34,377 nucleotides of DNA, from positions 1 through 34,377 of the forward strand of contig DAWL01000084.1 in the NCBI GenBank assembly GCA_002505935.1. The letters run 5' to 3'. The notes beneath the pieces were generated by a model, which was given only the letters and a program-made list of their open reading frames with translations, searched no databases and was not told where the DNA came from. The DNA is from Euryarchaeota archaeon UBA226. Its GTDB lineage: Archaea > Thermoplasmatota > Poseidoniia > Poseidoniales > Poseidoniaceae. Position numbers and translations under genes: made by a program. Shown here one piece after another: positions 33,809-34,377 of this stretch. How positions within the stretch are numbered: the stretch's first letter is position 1; each line of letters starts with the position of its first letter.

Positions 33809-34377
33809 ATGCATGAGTGCACCGTCTGCGGCCTACTTTTCCTCGGAGGCTCAGCCTGTCCAAGTTGCGGTAGTTTGTCCAATCAAGAGTTGGATGTTTC
33901 AGGTGAGGGCAAGGATACTGTGGAGCAAAGAGGTGGCATCCCTGGTCTAACTGAATTGGATGACGCAATGCGGGATGTCGTTGGCGAAGAGGAATTGTTT
34001 GGAGAGCCTGAAGAGGAGGAGCCCACTGGAACTAGCCTACCTTTCACCATTGGTGGAGGCGCTAGTGAAGAGGTCTCCCATTTGCCGTTCGGAGTGGGTA
34101 GTCGTTCTGCTGGAATTTCGGCTGTTCAGCCGAATCCAGAAGATGAAGTGATTGAAGATAAGACGGAGAGTGTGGATTCGAATACTTCGGCTCATATTGA
34201 AGAGATTCCTTCCGCACCAGACGTCGTTGCTTTGCCAGAAGAAGAAACTCCAATTGAAGAAGAACCTCCGGTTGAAGAAGAACCTCCAGTTGAAGATAGC
34301 GAAGAAGTTGCAGTTGTGGAACCTATTGTTGAAGTTCCGATTCAGCAGGAAGAAATTCCGGTTATCGAAGAGGATGT
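33809..34377 (+). CDS. N-terminal zinc-ribbon protein with a long acidic Pro/Glu-rich region (3-prime end beyond the window)
   Basis: Not in the ORF track because it has no stop. My translation from ATG 33809 is MHECTVCGLLFLGGSACPSCGSLSNQELD...PIEEEPPVEEEPPVEDSEEV. The frame stays open to the window end. Confidence 0.55.
   Translation, partial: MHECTVCGLLFLGGSACPSCGSLSNQELDVSGEGKDTVEQRGGIPGLTELDDAMRDVVGEEELFGEPEEEEPTGTSLPFTIGGGASEEVSHLPFGVGSRSAGISAVQPNPEDEVIEDKTESVDSNTSAHIEEIPSAPDVVALPEEETPIEEEPPVEEEPPVEDSEEVAVVEPIVEVPIQQEEIPVIEED
34253..34306 (+). repeat. in-frame 18-nt tandem repeat (IEEEPP / VEEEPP / VEDSEE)
   Basis: attgaagaagaacctccg / gttgaagaagaacctcca / gttgaagatagcgaagaa. Confidence 0.75.

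Noticed and set aside
33774-34253. Three 63-64-aa ORFs from the track (33774..33968 minus, 33960..34151 plus, 34062..34253 minus)
   Set aside because: All overlap a longer open-ended plus-strand frame starting at ATG 33809. That frame has a zinc ribbon and a coherent acidic repeat structure, so the short ORFs are most likely noise.
1-34377. Search for CRISPR arrays, tRNA/rRNA genes, C/D-box sRNAs, transposases/integrases, prophage or defence-island signatures
   Set aside because: All intergenic gaps are 100 nt or shorter. I saw no repeat-spacer periodicity and no cloverleaf-like or RUGAUGA...CUGA pairs in the spacers. No ORF has recombinase, nuclease-ATPase or toxin-like motifs. The window reads as core chromosome plus envelope genes.

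Overview
This is a compact, almost fully coding chromosomal segment of an archaeon. Under my start-codon choices about 1.1 kb of 34.4 kb is non-coding.

Archaeal origin is supported by motifs read directly from the translations:
- type II (archaeal) GAPDH
- archaeosine synthase ArcS with an exact PC-X3-KPY-X2-S-X2-H motif
- RNase P protein Rpp21
- ribosomal protein S15P/S13e
- archaeal PheT and GluRS
- RNase HII

These housekeeping genes are interleaved with four giant secreted, C-terminally membrane-anchored envelope proteins (764, 675, 829 and about 1,649 aa). Together they take about 34% of the window, and one is an S8 subtilase. That mix is what I would expect of a planktonic protein-degrading euryarchaeon such as Marine Group II/Poseidoniales. 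The taxon is inference only.

I call 30 CDS (two are cut by the window edges), two short in-frame tandem repeats, and several low-confidence promoter, Shine-Dalgarno and hairpin elements. I saw no rRNA, tRNA, CRISPR array, transposase or integrase, prophage module or recognisable defence gene.

I did not find a clean multi-gene novel system. The best leads are:
1. An aromatic C-terminal tail motif shared by the truncated first gene and the giant subtilase.
2. A pyroglutamyl-peptidase/MutT-Nudix fusion.
3. A GXGXG beta-helix protein fused to a degenerate FMN-barrel-like region and coupled to pheT.
4. A probable catalytically dead DHH/RecJ-like gene behind rps15.
5. The shared architecture of the envelope proteins, including terminal zinc ribbons and a proline-rich tail.
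6. Four convergent gene pairs whose stop codons abut with zero spacer.

All family assignments were made by eye from motifs. No database search was run.
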